NCBI GenBank assembly: GCA_963667015.2
Contig: CAXXJJ010000001.1
Span: forward strand, 672,001 to 736,000
Length of the DNA stretch: 64,000 bases
Source of the DNA: Desulfatiglandales bacterium
GTDB taxonomy: Bacteria; Desulfobacterota; DSM-4660; Desulfatiglandales; HGW-15
Reading direction: 5' to 3'
Position 1 is the first letter of the stretch. The number at the start of each line of letters is the position of its first letter. Of this stretch, positions 27,203 through 36,242 are shown one piece after another. The position numbers were made by a program, and so were the translations under genes. The notes below the pieces were generated by a model, which was not told where the DNA came from, searched no databases, and worked only from the letters and a program-made list of their open reading frames with translations.

Positions 27203-28344
27203 CAGATATGTCCAGGTTAGAAATCGCTGCAAAACTCCTTTTTAACGGCCTGCGCTACAGGTGCAAAAAAATAACAGGCAGGCCCGAAAAGCCACAGGCA
27301 TTGAGCCTTGAGATAACCCACAAATGCATAGCAAGGTGTATAATGTGCAATATCTGGAGGATCCCCTGGGACGAACCGGAGCTGTCAGCCGATGAGTGGC
27401 TTAAGTTATTGTCAGATAACATATTCTCTGATCTAAGGGAACTTGATATAACCGGCGGCGAGCCTTTTTTACTTGATGATATTGACTATCTGTTTTCAGG
27501 GATCGCCAGGCTGAAGAGTAAAAATTTGAAAAATCTTCGATCGGTTGCTGTTACAACAAATGGTTTTTTGACCGCCAGGGTACTGGAAAAAACAGAGATA
27601 ATCCTCAGGCAGTTTAAAGAAGCTGGTCTTGATCTGGTTATCGTGTGTGCCATGGATGCTGTCGGTGATATACATGAGCAGATCAGAAATGTTAAAGATG
27701 CATGGCAGAAGGTGAACAATACCATAAAAGGGTTATTAAAACTCAGGGATAAGTATCCGAATCTTATTACAGGTATTAAAACAACAATACTGCCCATAAA
27801 CATAGATGAACTTGAAGATATCTCACAATATGCAGAGGAAAGGGGTTTGTTCACTATAATATCCCCCTGCATTATTACCGGAGCAAGGTATCTGAATCTG
27901 GACACAAAGAATAATCATACCTTCTCAGATGATGACAGGGAGAAGATGATCAGGTTCTTTAAAGGCAGTCGTTTTAAATGGAGTTTTCATGCTGAGAGCC
28001 TGGCAGAATACTTTGAAACCGGGCGTATTAAAAAACCATGTTCCTGCGGGTTTAATTATTTTTTTATCAGGAGCAGCGGGGATCTTTTTCCATGTCCTTT
28101 AATCGATAGCTGTATTGGCAATATCAGGGTAAAACCGCTTAAAGACCTTTTCTCATCTCATTATGCCCGAAAAATACGCAAAAAGCTGGGTAGATTTCCT
28201 GAATGCAGGGATTGTACAGAGCCCGGACTTGAGCGCTATGCGCTCCCCTGTGAAGGATTTATGTATTTAAACCTGCTGCTTAAAAATAACAAAAATGATT
28301 TTATTGAACTTCACAATCACCTCGGTCTGGATAAATATTTTTAA
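27190..28344 (+). CDS. Radical SAM protein with short SPASM/Twitch-like domain
   Basis: CIARCIMC, TGGEPFL, TTNG; C-terminal CSCG..FPC..CRDC; overlaps the mftF stop. Confidence 0.88.
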   Translation: MDIMTDMSRLEIAAKLLFNGLRYRCKKITGRPEKPQALSLEITHKCIARCIMCNIWRIPWDEPELSADEWLKLLSDNIFSDLRELDITGGEPFLLDDIDYLFSGIARLKSKNLKNLRSVAVTTNGFLTARVLEKTEIILRQFKEAGLDLVIVCAMDAVGDIHEQIRNVKDAWQKVNNTIKGLLKLRDKYPNLITGIKTTILPINIDELEDISQYAEERGLFTIISPCIITGARYLNLDTKNNHTFSDDDREKMIRFFKGSRFKWSFHAESLAEYFETGRIKKPCSCGFNYFFIRSSGDLFPCPLIDSCIGNIRVKPLKDLFSSHYARKIRKKLGRFPECRDCTEPGLERYALPCEGFMYLNLLLKNNKNDFIELHNHLGLDKYF

Positions 28345-28883
28345 CCCTCATAATATTTTGAATAACCCGGATTTAAAGGGTTTTTAATGTCTTAAAATAA
28401 CTTATTTTTTTCTTGATTTTTAAACAATTTGGTTTTAGGATCAAAACAAAAATAGTATTGCTACGAAAACTAAATTGTGGCGAATTAGCTCTCCCTCATT
28501 CTGATTGTCATGTAAATTTACTGCGAAAAAAGCTCTCGTGACGATTGGCTGCAATTTTAAAACTGATTGGTATTAAGTTTTAAAGTCTTTAATTTTTACA
28601 ACAGAAAAACTGTCTTACAGAAGTAAATTGGTAGTTAGATCGATAAATTATTAAGAATATTATCACAATGTTACTGATTTCATCTGAATTATAAAGAAAA
28701 GTGCTTTTGAACTCTGGTTAAGAAAGTTGTTTCAATTTTTTTACGTGTTTGCAGCGAATGATTTACGCATGATTATAGCTTTTTATATGGTCGCATATGA
28801 ATGGTTATTAAGGTGAGAATATAAGTTTTCAAAAGGTATATTCTTATCTTTTTAATGTAAACATTTTAAACACAGGAGGAATT

Positions 28884-31800
28884 ATGGGAGGAAAAAGTGG
28901 GTTATTGTTTAAATTATGGATTTTTAGTGTATTACTAATCTTTATTTCATCAGCACTGGTTATTTCAGGTCCGGTATTTGCCCAGGATGACCAGGAAGAG
29001 TTCACACTTGAAGAAATCGTTGTTACAGGTTCACGTATCGCACGTAACAACAATGATGCAACCAGCCCGATTGTAACAGTTGACGAGAGTATGTTTGATC
29101 AGGCGTCAACATCATCGATCGAGACACAACTTAACAAACTGCCGCAGTTCACCCCGACAATGGACGTTCCGCAGGTTGCAGGCCAGGATATTCAGCCAAC
29201 TGCAACAAACACACCTGGTGAAGCAACTGTTTCACTTCGCGGTATCGGTTCCAACCGCACACTCGTACTCATTAATGGCCGACGCGGTACGCCGTCGAAC
29301 GCCATGGGGGTTCTGGATATCAATACGATCCCGACGGGTGCTATTCAGTATGTTGAAACCATTTCCGGCGGCGCATCCTCAACCTACGGTGCCGATGCTA
29401 TGGCTGGTGTTCTCAACTTTATCATGAAGGACAGGTTTGAAGGATTTGAGATTGATCTCAATGGGAGCATAACCCAGGAAGGAGATAATGAAGAATATAC
29501 GGTCTCCGGCGTTATGGGAACCAATTTTGCCGACGACCGCGGCAATATCATGATGGCATTTGCTTACAACGATCGTAAGGGCGTACATCAGCGTGACCGT
29601 TCATGGTTCAGAGACAACTGGCGTAATCCTGAAATAAGTGGTACACAATTCTTTGCTCCGCTTTCCGGTTTTAGTTTAGGATACAGCAATCTTCCCGATG
29701 TGGACACGATGAATTCTGTGCTTGACGGCGCAACTTTCACAGCTCCGCCTGCTGGCGTAACAATCTATTACGATCCGGTTTCTGACAGTGCTGTTACCGG
29801 TTTTGAAGCAGCCAGTATTCCGGGTATATCCTCTGCAGAAGCTGCAGGTATCGTTGACGGATATAATATCAAACTGCTTAACAGCGGAAATCTTTCATCC
29901 AATAATACCAGAACCTGGCTGATCTTTCCCCTGGAACGTTATAATTTCTATACCCAGGGTAACTACGAGATCAACGACCATGTTGGTGTATTCGGACAGG
30001 CTTACTTCAGCAAGACCAGGGCCACAACAATCCAGGAACCTGGCGTATTAAGCGGCGGCTGGACTGTTACTATAGATCCCACTATTAACCGCAATTCGAT
30101 TCCTACCGAGATCCTGACACTTCTTGATGCAAGAAGAAGGTCTGTTAGGCCAGGTGAGGAAGGATATATTACTCCTACTGAAGAAGTGCCAAATCCCGTT
30201 CAGCCTACAGTATCCGGTGCTGATGAGACTTTCGATTTTGGACCGGCCCTTCTGTCCGAGCCTCGTGTTGGTAATACAGACACATTTACCTTTAACATGA
30301 CCGCAGGCATCGAGGGTGATATTCCCGGAATCGATTGGACCTATGAAGTATTTATTTCTCATGGTGAGGCAGAGACCACCTCAAATATGACTGGTTTTTA
30401 TTCTCTGGAACGTATGAGGGCGATCATGACCCTGCCTGATTTCGGTGCTGGAGCTGAAATTACAGGTAATGAAGAGTATAATAACTTCGGAGCAGCAACA
30501 GCCACATGTGCCAGCGGTATAAATCCCTATGACTGGGCATCTGTAACACAGGATTGCTGGGATGCCGTATCAGCCCCTGTCAAGAGCAGGCAGATAATGG
30601 AGCAGACCATATGGGAAGCAAACACACAGGGTCCTATTGCTGATCTGCCCATGGGTGAGATGCGCGGCGCAGCTGGTATCAGCCGTCGTGAGAACAATTA
30701 TGAATTTCTCAGCGATAATGTAAACACTCAGGGAAGATCTTTTAACGATCAGATCCTGGGGCTCTATCCTGCAGGCGAATCAAGAGGAAAAATTGTAGCT
30801 GAAGAAGCCTACGCAGAACTTCTTGTTCCGGTGCTGAGGGACCTTCCTTTCGTAAAACAACTCGAATTTAACCTTGGTGGACGTCGTTCGGATTATAATA
30901 CGACCGGTGTCAGCTATACATACAAGGCTGAACTTAACTGGAGGACTACAGATTTCCTTCGTTTCCGCGGCGGTTACAACCGTGCGGAACGTGCTCCTAA
31001 CATTGCCGAGCTGTATCTCGCCCGGACATCGACATTCGGAGCTATGAGCAATGGCGACGCCTGTTCCATGAAGAACCGTTTGTCCTATTCTGCAAATCCT
31101 GTATACAACGATGACTGGGCAGATATTGTCAACCTTTGCAGCGGCATGATGAACGAACAGTCTCTCGCAGATGATGATCCTGATTATGAATTCTATGGGG
31201 CACAGGCAGCCGATATTATAGCCTATGGTAACGCAAATCCTGTACCTACAGATGCGGCAGGAAAAGAAGCCTATGTTACTGCCATGCGCGATGCATTAGG
31301 CATTACAGTTGCCGACTGGGATCAGCAGCCTAACCCGGGATTTGGGTGGATATGGCCTGTGGATGTAGGTAATCCGACTCTTACACCGGAAACTGCCGAT
31401 ACCTGGACCTTTGGATTTGTACTGGATTCCTTTGTTGAAAATATTCCGGCGCTTATGGACTGGAGAGTTTCACTCGACTACTATTCCATTGAAATCGAAG
31501 ATGCAATCGGTCTGCAGACTGGTGATGTTGTGGTACAGCAGTGTCTTGATCCTACATTTAACCCGACAGCTGATTATACCTCTTCCTTTTGTGATGGCTA
31601 CAAACGCAATCCTGAAACAGGCGCCCTGGCCACTTTAGAGCGTACATATTTTAATAACGGCCGTTTCAAGACCTCGGGTATCGATATGCAGATTAACTGG
31701 GGCATGGAGGCAGGACCGGGACGCGTTAGTGTAAGCACACTTATTAACTATCTGCTTAAAATGGAATCATCTGAGCTTCCTACCAACCCGCTGGTTGATT

Positions 31801-32174
31801 ATGTCGGCACATTTGGTCCGAGTGGAAACGGGCTTAATGGTAACAGCTTTGAATGGCGTGCACTGACCACGATTACTTATTCCATGAGCGACTGGGATGT
31901 TTCTTTCAGATGGCAGTATATGGATAAGCTTGAACAGACAAGCGGGACCAATACTCCCCTGCCAGCATACAACATGTTTGATCTGATGGGTAACTACAGG
32001 TTGAAGGATAACGTATCTTTCCGTTTTGGAATAGAGAATTTATTCAACAAGGCACCGTCTCTTTATAACAGGAATATGAGCAGTGAAACCGGTATGTACG
32101 GCGGATCTTTCAGTAATCAGCTTAATGATGTTAATGGCCGTCGTTTCTATGTTGGAACCAAGTTGTATTTCTAA
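28884..32174 (+). CDS. TonB-dependent receptor (copy 1)
   Basis: Signal peptide, TonB box LEEIVVTGSRI, plug LRGIGSNRTLVLINGRR/YGADAMAGVLNF, RAPNIAEL, GIENLFN, C-terminal Phe. Confidence 0.95.
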   Translation: MGGKSGLLFKLWIFSVLLIFISSALVISGPVFAQDDQEEFTLEEIVVTGSRIARNNNDATSPIVTVDESMFDQASTSSIETQLNKLPQFTPTMDVPQVAGQDIQPTATNTPGEATVSLRGIGSNRTLVLINGRRGTPSNAMGVLDINTIPTGAIQYVETISGGASSTYGADAMAGVLNFIMKDRFEGFEIDLNGSITQEGDNEEYTVSGVMGTNFADDRGNIMMAFAYNDRKGVHQRDRSWFRDNWRNPEISGTQFFAPLSGFSLGYSNLPDVDTMNSVLDGATFTAPPAGVTIYYDPVSDSAVTGFEAASIPGISSAEAAGIVDGYNIKLLNSGNLSSNNTRTWLIFPLERYNFYTQGNYEINDHVGVFGQAYFSKTRATTIQEPGVLSGGWTVTIDPTINRNSIPTEILTLLDARRRSVRPGEEGYITPTEEVPNPVQPTVSGADETFDFGPALLSEPRVGNTDTFTFNMTAGIEGDIPGIDWTYEVFISHGEAETTSNMTGFYSLERMRAIMTLPDFGAGAEITGNEEYNNFGAATATCASGINPYDWASVTQDCWDAVSAPVKSRQIMEQTIWEANTQGPIADLPMGEMRGAAGISRRENNYEFLSDNVNTQGRSFNDQILGLYPAGESRGKIVAEEAYAELLVPVLRDLPFVKQLEFNLGGRRSDYNTTGVSYTYKAELNWRTTDFLRFRGGYNRAERAPNIAELYLARTSTFGAMSNGDACSMKNRLSYSANPVYNDDWADIVNLCSGMMNEQSLADDDPDYEFYGAQAADIIAYGNANPVPTDAAGKEAYVTAMRDALGITVADWDQQPNPGFGWIWPVDVGNPTLTPETADTWTFGFVLDSFVENIPALMDWRVSLDYYSIEIEDAIGLQTGDVVVQQCLDPTFNPTADYTSSFCDGYKRNPETGALATLERTYFNNGRFKTSGIDMQINWGMEAGPGRVSVSTLINYLLKMESSELPTNPLVDYVGTFGPSGNGLNGNSFEWRALTTITYSMSDWDVSFRWQYMDKLEQTSGTNTPLPAYNMFDLMGNYRLKDNVSFRFGIENLFNKAPSLYNRNMSSETGMYGGSFSNQLNDVNGRRFYVGTKLYF

Positions 32175-32220
32175 TAAGAAGTTTTAATCTTTCCAGAAGT
32201 ATGGAAAGACAATCGTAGCA

Positions 32221-32257
32221 GGGATAAGGGAGGCATTGCCTCCCTTATTCTTTTTTT
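32221..32257 (+). terminator. Intrinsic terminator after TBDR copy 1
   Basis: ATAAGGGAGGC-ATT-GCCTCCCTTAT hairpin followed by a T run. Confidence 0.85.
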
Positions 32258-32607
32258 AACAGTCATTAATCAAATTAAGTTATCCAGGCTGATGGATCGA
32301 TAAAATCTTAATAAAATATATTTTTAAATTCTAGTAATATCAGTATATTAGTATACCATTCTGCTTTTTTTCATATTTTAATAGTGATTAGCCTTGATTT
32401 TTTTAAGCCTTAATTATAAGTTTCAATAAATTCTCTTAATGTTAGCTTTCATCTTCACTCTCGTAATGGATGATTGGAATCTCGTTCGGTAACTTATTCT
32501 CATGTTGAGGCTGGTTTTTCATTTTTTAAATGAGTATTACCGGCATCGCTTTAAGGTTATGGTGCTGTGATTTATAGTTTTACGGAATTACATTTTTTTG
32601 TTTTAAG

Positions 32608-32676
32608 AAATCTGCAGAAACCTAACGTCCTTGTCTCAAGAGGCGACGGATAGTGGTGTCTGCAGATTTTTTTTTT
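32608..32676 (+). promoter_or_regulatory. Leader hairpin with U-tract (attenuator-like) upstream of TBDR copy 2
   Basis: AAATCTGCAGA (32608-18)/TCTGCAGATTT (32659-69) outer stem, inner TCC-TTGTCTC/GAGGCGA-GGA stem, T run to 32676, ~60 nt before the ATG. Confidence 0.5.
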
Positions 32677-32738
32677 GCTTCTATGAGGAAGCGCTTACTG
32701 GCAAATACGCCAAAAACATTATATTTGGGGGTAGTTTT

Positions 32739-35700
32739 ATGGGAGGAAAAAGAGATTTAAGTTTTAAAAAATGGCTTTTATTTTGTTTTATCCTGAGCCT
32801 TGTTACATCCGGACTGGTGATTTCGAGCCCGGTTCTGGCACAGGATGACGCGGATGAGTTTACACTTGAAGAAATCGTTGTTACCGGTTCACGTATTGCC
32901 CGTAACAACAATCAGTCAACCAGCCCGATCGTAACTGTTGACAAGGATATGTTTGATCAGGCCTCCACATCGTCGATCGAGACTCAGCTTAACAAGTTGC
33001 CGCAGTTCACCCCGACAATGGACGTTCCGCAGATCGCAGGCCAGGACATTCAGCCGACTGCAACAAACACACCGGGTGAAGCAACAGTAGCGCTCCGCGG
33101 TATCGGCGCCAACCGTACTCTTGTACTCATTAATGGACGCCGCGGTACACCGTCGAACGCTATGGGTGTATTGGATATCAATACCATCCCTACAGCAGCA
33201 ATTCAGTATGTTGAAGCGATTTCAGGCGGTGCATCCTCAACCTACGGTGCCGATGCTATGGCAGGTGTTCTCAACTTTATCATGAAGGACAGATTTGAAG
33301 GCTTCCAGATTGATGCTACCGGCAGTATAACTCAGGAAGGAGATAATGAAGAATATACAATCTCCGGCGTTATGGGAACCAATTTTGCCGACGACCGTGG
33401 TAACATCATGATGGCATTTGCTTACAACGATCGTAAGGGCGCCAGGCAGCGGGACCGTTCATGGTTCAGGGATAACTGGCGTAATCCTGAAATAGGCGGT
33501 ACACAGTTCTTCGCACCGCTTAGCGGTTTTAGTCTGGGATACAGCAATCTCCCTGATGTGGAGACGATGAATTCAGTACTTGACGGTGCAACTTTCACCG
33601 CACCTCCTGCTGGTGCTGTAATCTATTATGACCCGGCTTCTGACAGCGCAGTTACCGGTTTTGAAAGAGCCAGTATTCCCGGTATCTCTTCTGCGGAAGC
33701 TGCCGGCCTTGTTGACGGATACTCAATCAAAATGAGAAACGACGGCTATCTTGCAGCCAACAATACCGAAACTTATCTGATCTTCCCTCTGGAACGTTAT
33801 AATTTCTATACCCAGGGTAATTACGAGATCAACGACCATGTTGGTGTATTCGGCCAGGCTTACTTCAACAAGACCAGGGCCAGAACGATCCAGGAACCTG
33901 GTGTATTAAGCGGCGGCTGGACAGTTACTATAGATCCTACTATCAACCGAAATTCGATTCCTACCGAAATCCTGACAATTCTCGATGCAAGAAGAAGGCC
34001 TGTTGGGCCAGGTGAGGAAGGATATATTACTCCTACCGAAGAAGTGCCAAATCCCGTTCAGCCGACAGTATCCGGTGCTGCTGAAACATTTGATTTTGGA
34101 ACCGCTCTTCTGTCAGAGCCCCGTGTTGGTAATACAGACACATTTACCTTTAACATGACCACAGGTCTCGAGGGTGATATTCCCGGAATCGACTGGACCT
34201 ATGAAGTATTTGTTTCACATGGCGAGGCAGAGACCACTTCAAATATGACAGGTTTTTATTCACTGGAACGTATGAGGGCGATCATGACCCTGCCTGATTT
34301 CGGTGCTGGAGCTGAAATTACAGGTAATGAAGAGTATGCGAATTTTGGGGCAGCAACAGCCACATGTACCAGCGGTATAAATCCCTATGACTGGGCATCT
34401 GTAACACAGGATTGCTGGGAGGCCGTAGCAGCACCTGTTAAGACAAGACAGATAATGGAGCAGACCATCTGGGAAGCAAACACCCAGGGTGCTATTGTTG
34501 ATCTGCCAATGGGCGAGATGCGTGGTTCATTAGGTGTCAGCTATCGTGAAAACAATTACCAGTTTCTTAGCGATAATATCAATACCCAGGGAAGATCTTT
34601 CAACGATCAGGTCCTTGGCCTCTATCCCAGCGGTGAATCAGAAGGAACCATTAAGGCAAAGGAAGCCTATGCAGAACTTCTTGTTCCTGTACTGAAAGAC
34701 ATTCCTTTTGTTGAGCAGCTTGAAGTTAATCTGGGCGGACGTCGTTCAGACTACAATACTACCGGTGTCAGCTATACATATAAGGCTGAACTTAACTGGA
34801 AAACCACTGAATTCCTCCGTTTCCGCGGCGGTTATAACCGTGCAGAACGTGCACCAAATATTGCAGAGCTTTATCTTGCACGGACATCATCCTTTGGCGC
34901 TATGAGTTATGGCGACGCATGTTCCATGAAAAACCGTTTGTCCTATTCGGCAAATCCTGTATACAACGATGACTGGGCAGATATTGTCAACCTTTGCAGC
35001 GGCTTGATGAACCTGCAGTCTCTCGCTGATGATGAACCTGATTATGAATTCTATGGGGCACAGGCAGCCGATATAGTAGCCTATGGCAATGCAAATCCTG
35101 TACCTACAGATGCGGCAGCAAAAGAAGCCTATGTTACTACCATGCGCACTGCATTAGGCATTTCAGATGACGATTGGGATCAGCAGCCCAATGCGGGATT
35201 CAGCTGGATCTGGCCTGTTGATATAGGAAATTCAACCCTTAAACCGGAAATCGCTGATACCTGGACCTTTGGTTTTGTTCTCGATTCCTTTGTTGAAGGT
35301 ATTCCTGCACTTATGGACTGGAGAATTTCACTGGATTACTACACCATTGAAATCTCTGATGCAATCGGTCTGCAGACCGGTGATGTTGTGGTACAGCAGT
35401 GTCTTGATCCAACATTTAATCCGACAGCCGATTATCAGTCTGCCTACTGTGCAGGCTATACCCGTAATCCTGAATCAGGAGCCCTGGCCACATTAGAGCG
35501 TTCATATTATAATAACGGCCGTTTCCAGACCTCTGGTATCGATATGCAGATCAACTGGGGAATGGAGGCAGGACCGGGCCGTGTTAGTGTTAGTACGCTG
35601 GTTAATTATCTGTTAGAAATGAAATCGGCTGAGCTTCCGACCAACCCGCTGGTTGATTATGTTGGAACCTTTGGCCCGAGCGGAAACGGTCTTAACGGTA

Positions 35701-36032
35701 ACAGCTTTGAGTGGCGTTCATTGACCACGGTTACTTATTCAATGAGCGACTGGGATGTTTCTCTAAGGTGGCAGCATCTTGATAAACTGGAGAATATAAC
35801 AGGGACTAATACACCCCTGCCATCATACGACATGTTTGATCTGCTCGGTAATTACAGGTTGAAGGACAATATCTCTTTCCGTTTTGGAATAGAGAACCTG
35901 TTCAATACAGCACCGAAGCTTTATAACAGGGATTATACCAATACTTCCGGTTTCTACGGCGGATCTTTCAGCTCCGCGAATCACGATCTTAATGGTCGTC
36001 GTTTCTATGTTGGAACCAAGGTATATTTCTAA
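32739..36032 (+). CDS. TonB-dependent receptor (copy 2, close paralog of copy 1)
   Basis: Same architecture with long identical stretches; start placed at MGGK (32739) by analogy with copy 1. Confidence 0.95.
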   Translation: MGGKRDLSFKKWLLFCFILSLVTSGLVISSPVLAQDDADEFTLEEIVVTGSRIARNNNQSTSPIVTVDKDMFDQASTSSIETQLNKLPQFTPTMDVPQIAGQDIQPTATNTPGEATVALRGIGANRTLVLINGRRGTPSNAMGVLDINTIPTAAIQYVEAISGGASSTYGADAMAGVLNFIMKDRFEGFQIDATGSITQEGDNEEYTISGVMGTNFADDRGNIMMAFAYNDRKGARQRDRSWFRDNWRNPEIGGTQFFAPLSGFSLGYSNLPDVETMNSVLDGATFTAPPAGAVIYYDPASDSAVTGFERASIPGISSAEAAGLVDGYSIKMRNDGYLAANNTETYLIFPLERYNFYTQGNYEINDHVGVFGQAYFNKTRARTIQEPGVLSGGWTVTIDPTINRNSIPTEILTILDARRRPVGPGEEGYITPTEEVPNPVQPTVSGAAETFDFGTALLSEPRVGNTDTFTFNMTTGLEGDIPGIDWTYEVFVSHGEAETTSNMTGFYSLERMRAIMTLPDFGAGAEITGNEEYANFGAATATCTSGINPYDWASVTQDCWEAVAAPVKTRQIMEQTIWEANTQGAIVDLPMGEMRGSLGVSYRENNYQFLSDNINTQGRSFNDQVLGLYPSGESEGTIKAKEAYAELLVPVLKDIPFVEQLEVNLGGRRSDYNTTGVSYTYKAELNWKTTEFLRFRGGYNRAERAPNIAELYLARTSSFGAMSYGDACSMKNRLSYSANPVYNDDWADIVNLCSGLMNLQSLADDEPDYEFYGAQAADIVAYGNANPVPTDAAAKEAYVTTMRTALGISDDDWDQQPNAGFSWIWPVDIGNSTLKPEIADTWTFGFVLDSFVEGIPALMDWRISLDYYTIEISDAIGLQTGDVVVQQCLDPTFNPTADYQSAYCAGYTRNPESGALATLERSYYNNGRFQTSGIDMQINWGMEAGPGRVSVSTLVNYLLEMKSAELPTNPLVDYVGTFGPSGNGLNGNSFEWRSLTTVTYSMSDWDVSLRWQHLDKLENITGTNTPLPSYDMFDLLGNYRLKDNISFRFGIENLFNTAPKLYNRDYTNTSGFYGGSFSSANHDLNGRRFYVGTKVYF

Positions 36033-36180
36033 AAAGGCTTGACGGTATTTCCGTTGTTATGGAAAGACAAGTCGAGGGGTGGGGGAATCTTAACAGTTTC
36101 TCTCATCCCGGTTTGACAGATGTATCGCTTTAATTATTATGCTGGTTTTTATTCAATAATCACATAATAAATCAGCTTTA

Positions 36181-36214
36181 AAAAAGGGTCGGCAGATTTT
36201 TACCGGCCCTTTTT
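36181..36214. terminator. Bidirectional intrinsic terminator
   Basis: AAAAAGGGTCGG-loop-CCGGCCCTTTTT between convergent TBDR and AOR genes. Confidence 0.8.
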
Positions 36215-36242
36215 ATGTCTGTCTGCTTTCTAAATAAAAGGA

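Noticed and set aside
28345..28883. Cobalamin/TPP riboswitch or hidden mftE before TBDR copy 1
   Set aside because: AT-rich with no B12-box or TPP consensus and no credible ORF
32530..32577. uORF MSITGIALRLWCCDL as leader peptide
   Set aside because: No Shine-Dalgarno and no other support; likely chance
32631..32738. Longer TTG start for TBDR copy 2
   Set aside because: The extension crosses the hairpin and poly-T; the paralog starts at the equivalent MGGK
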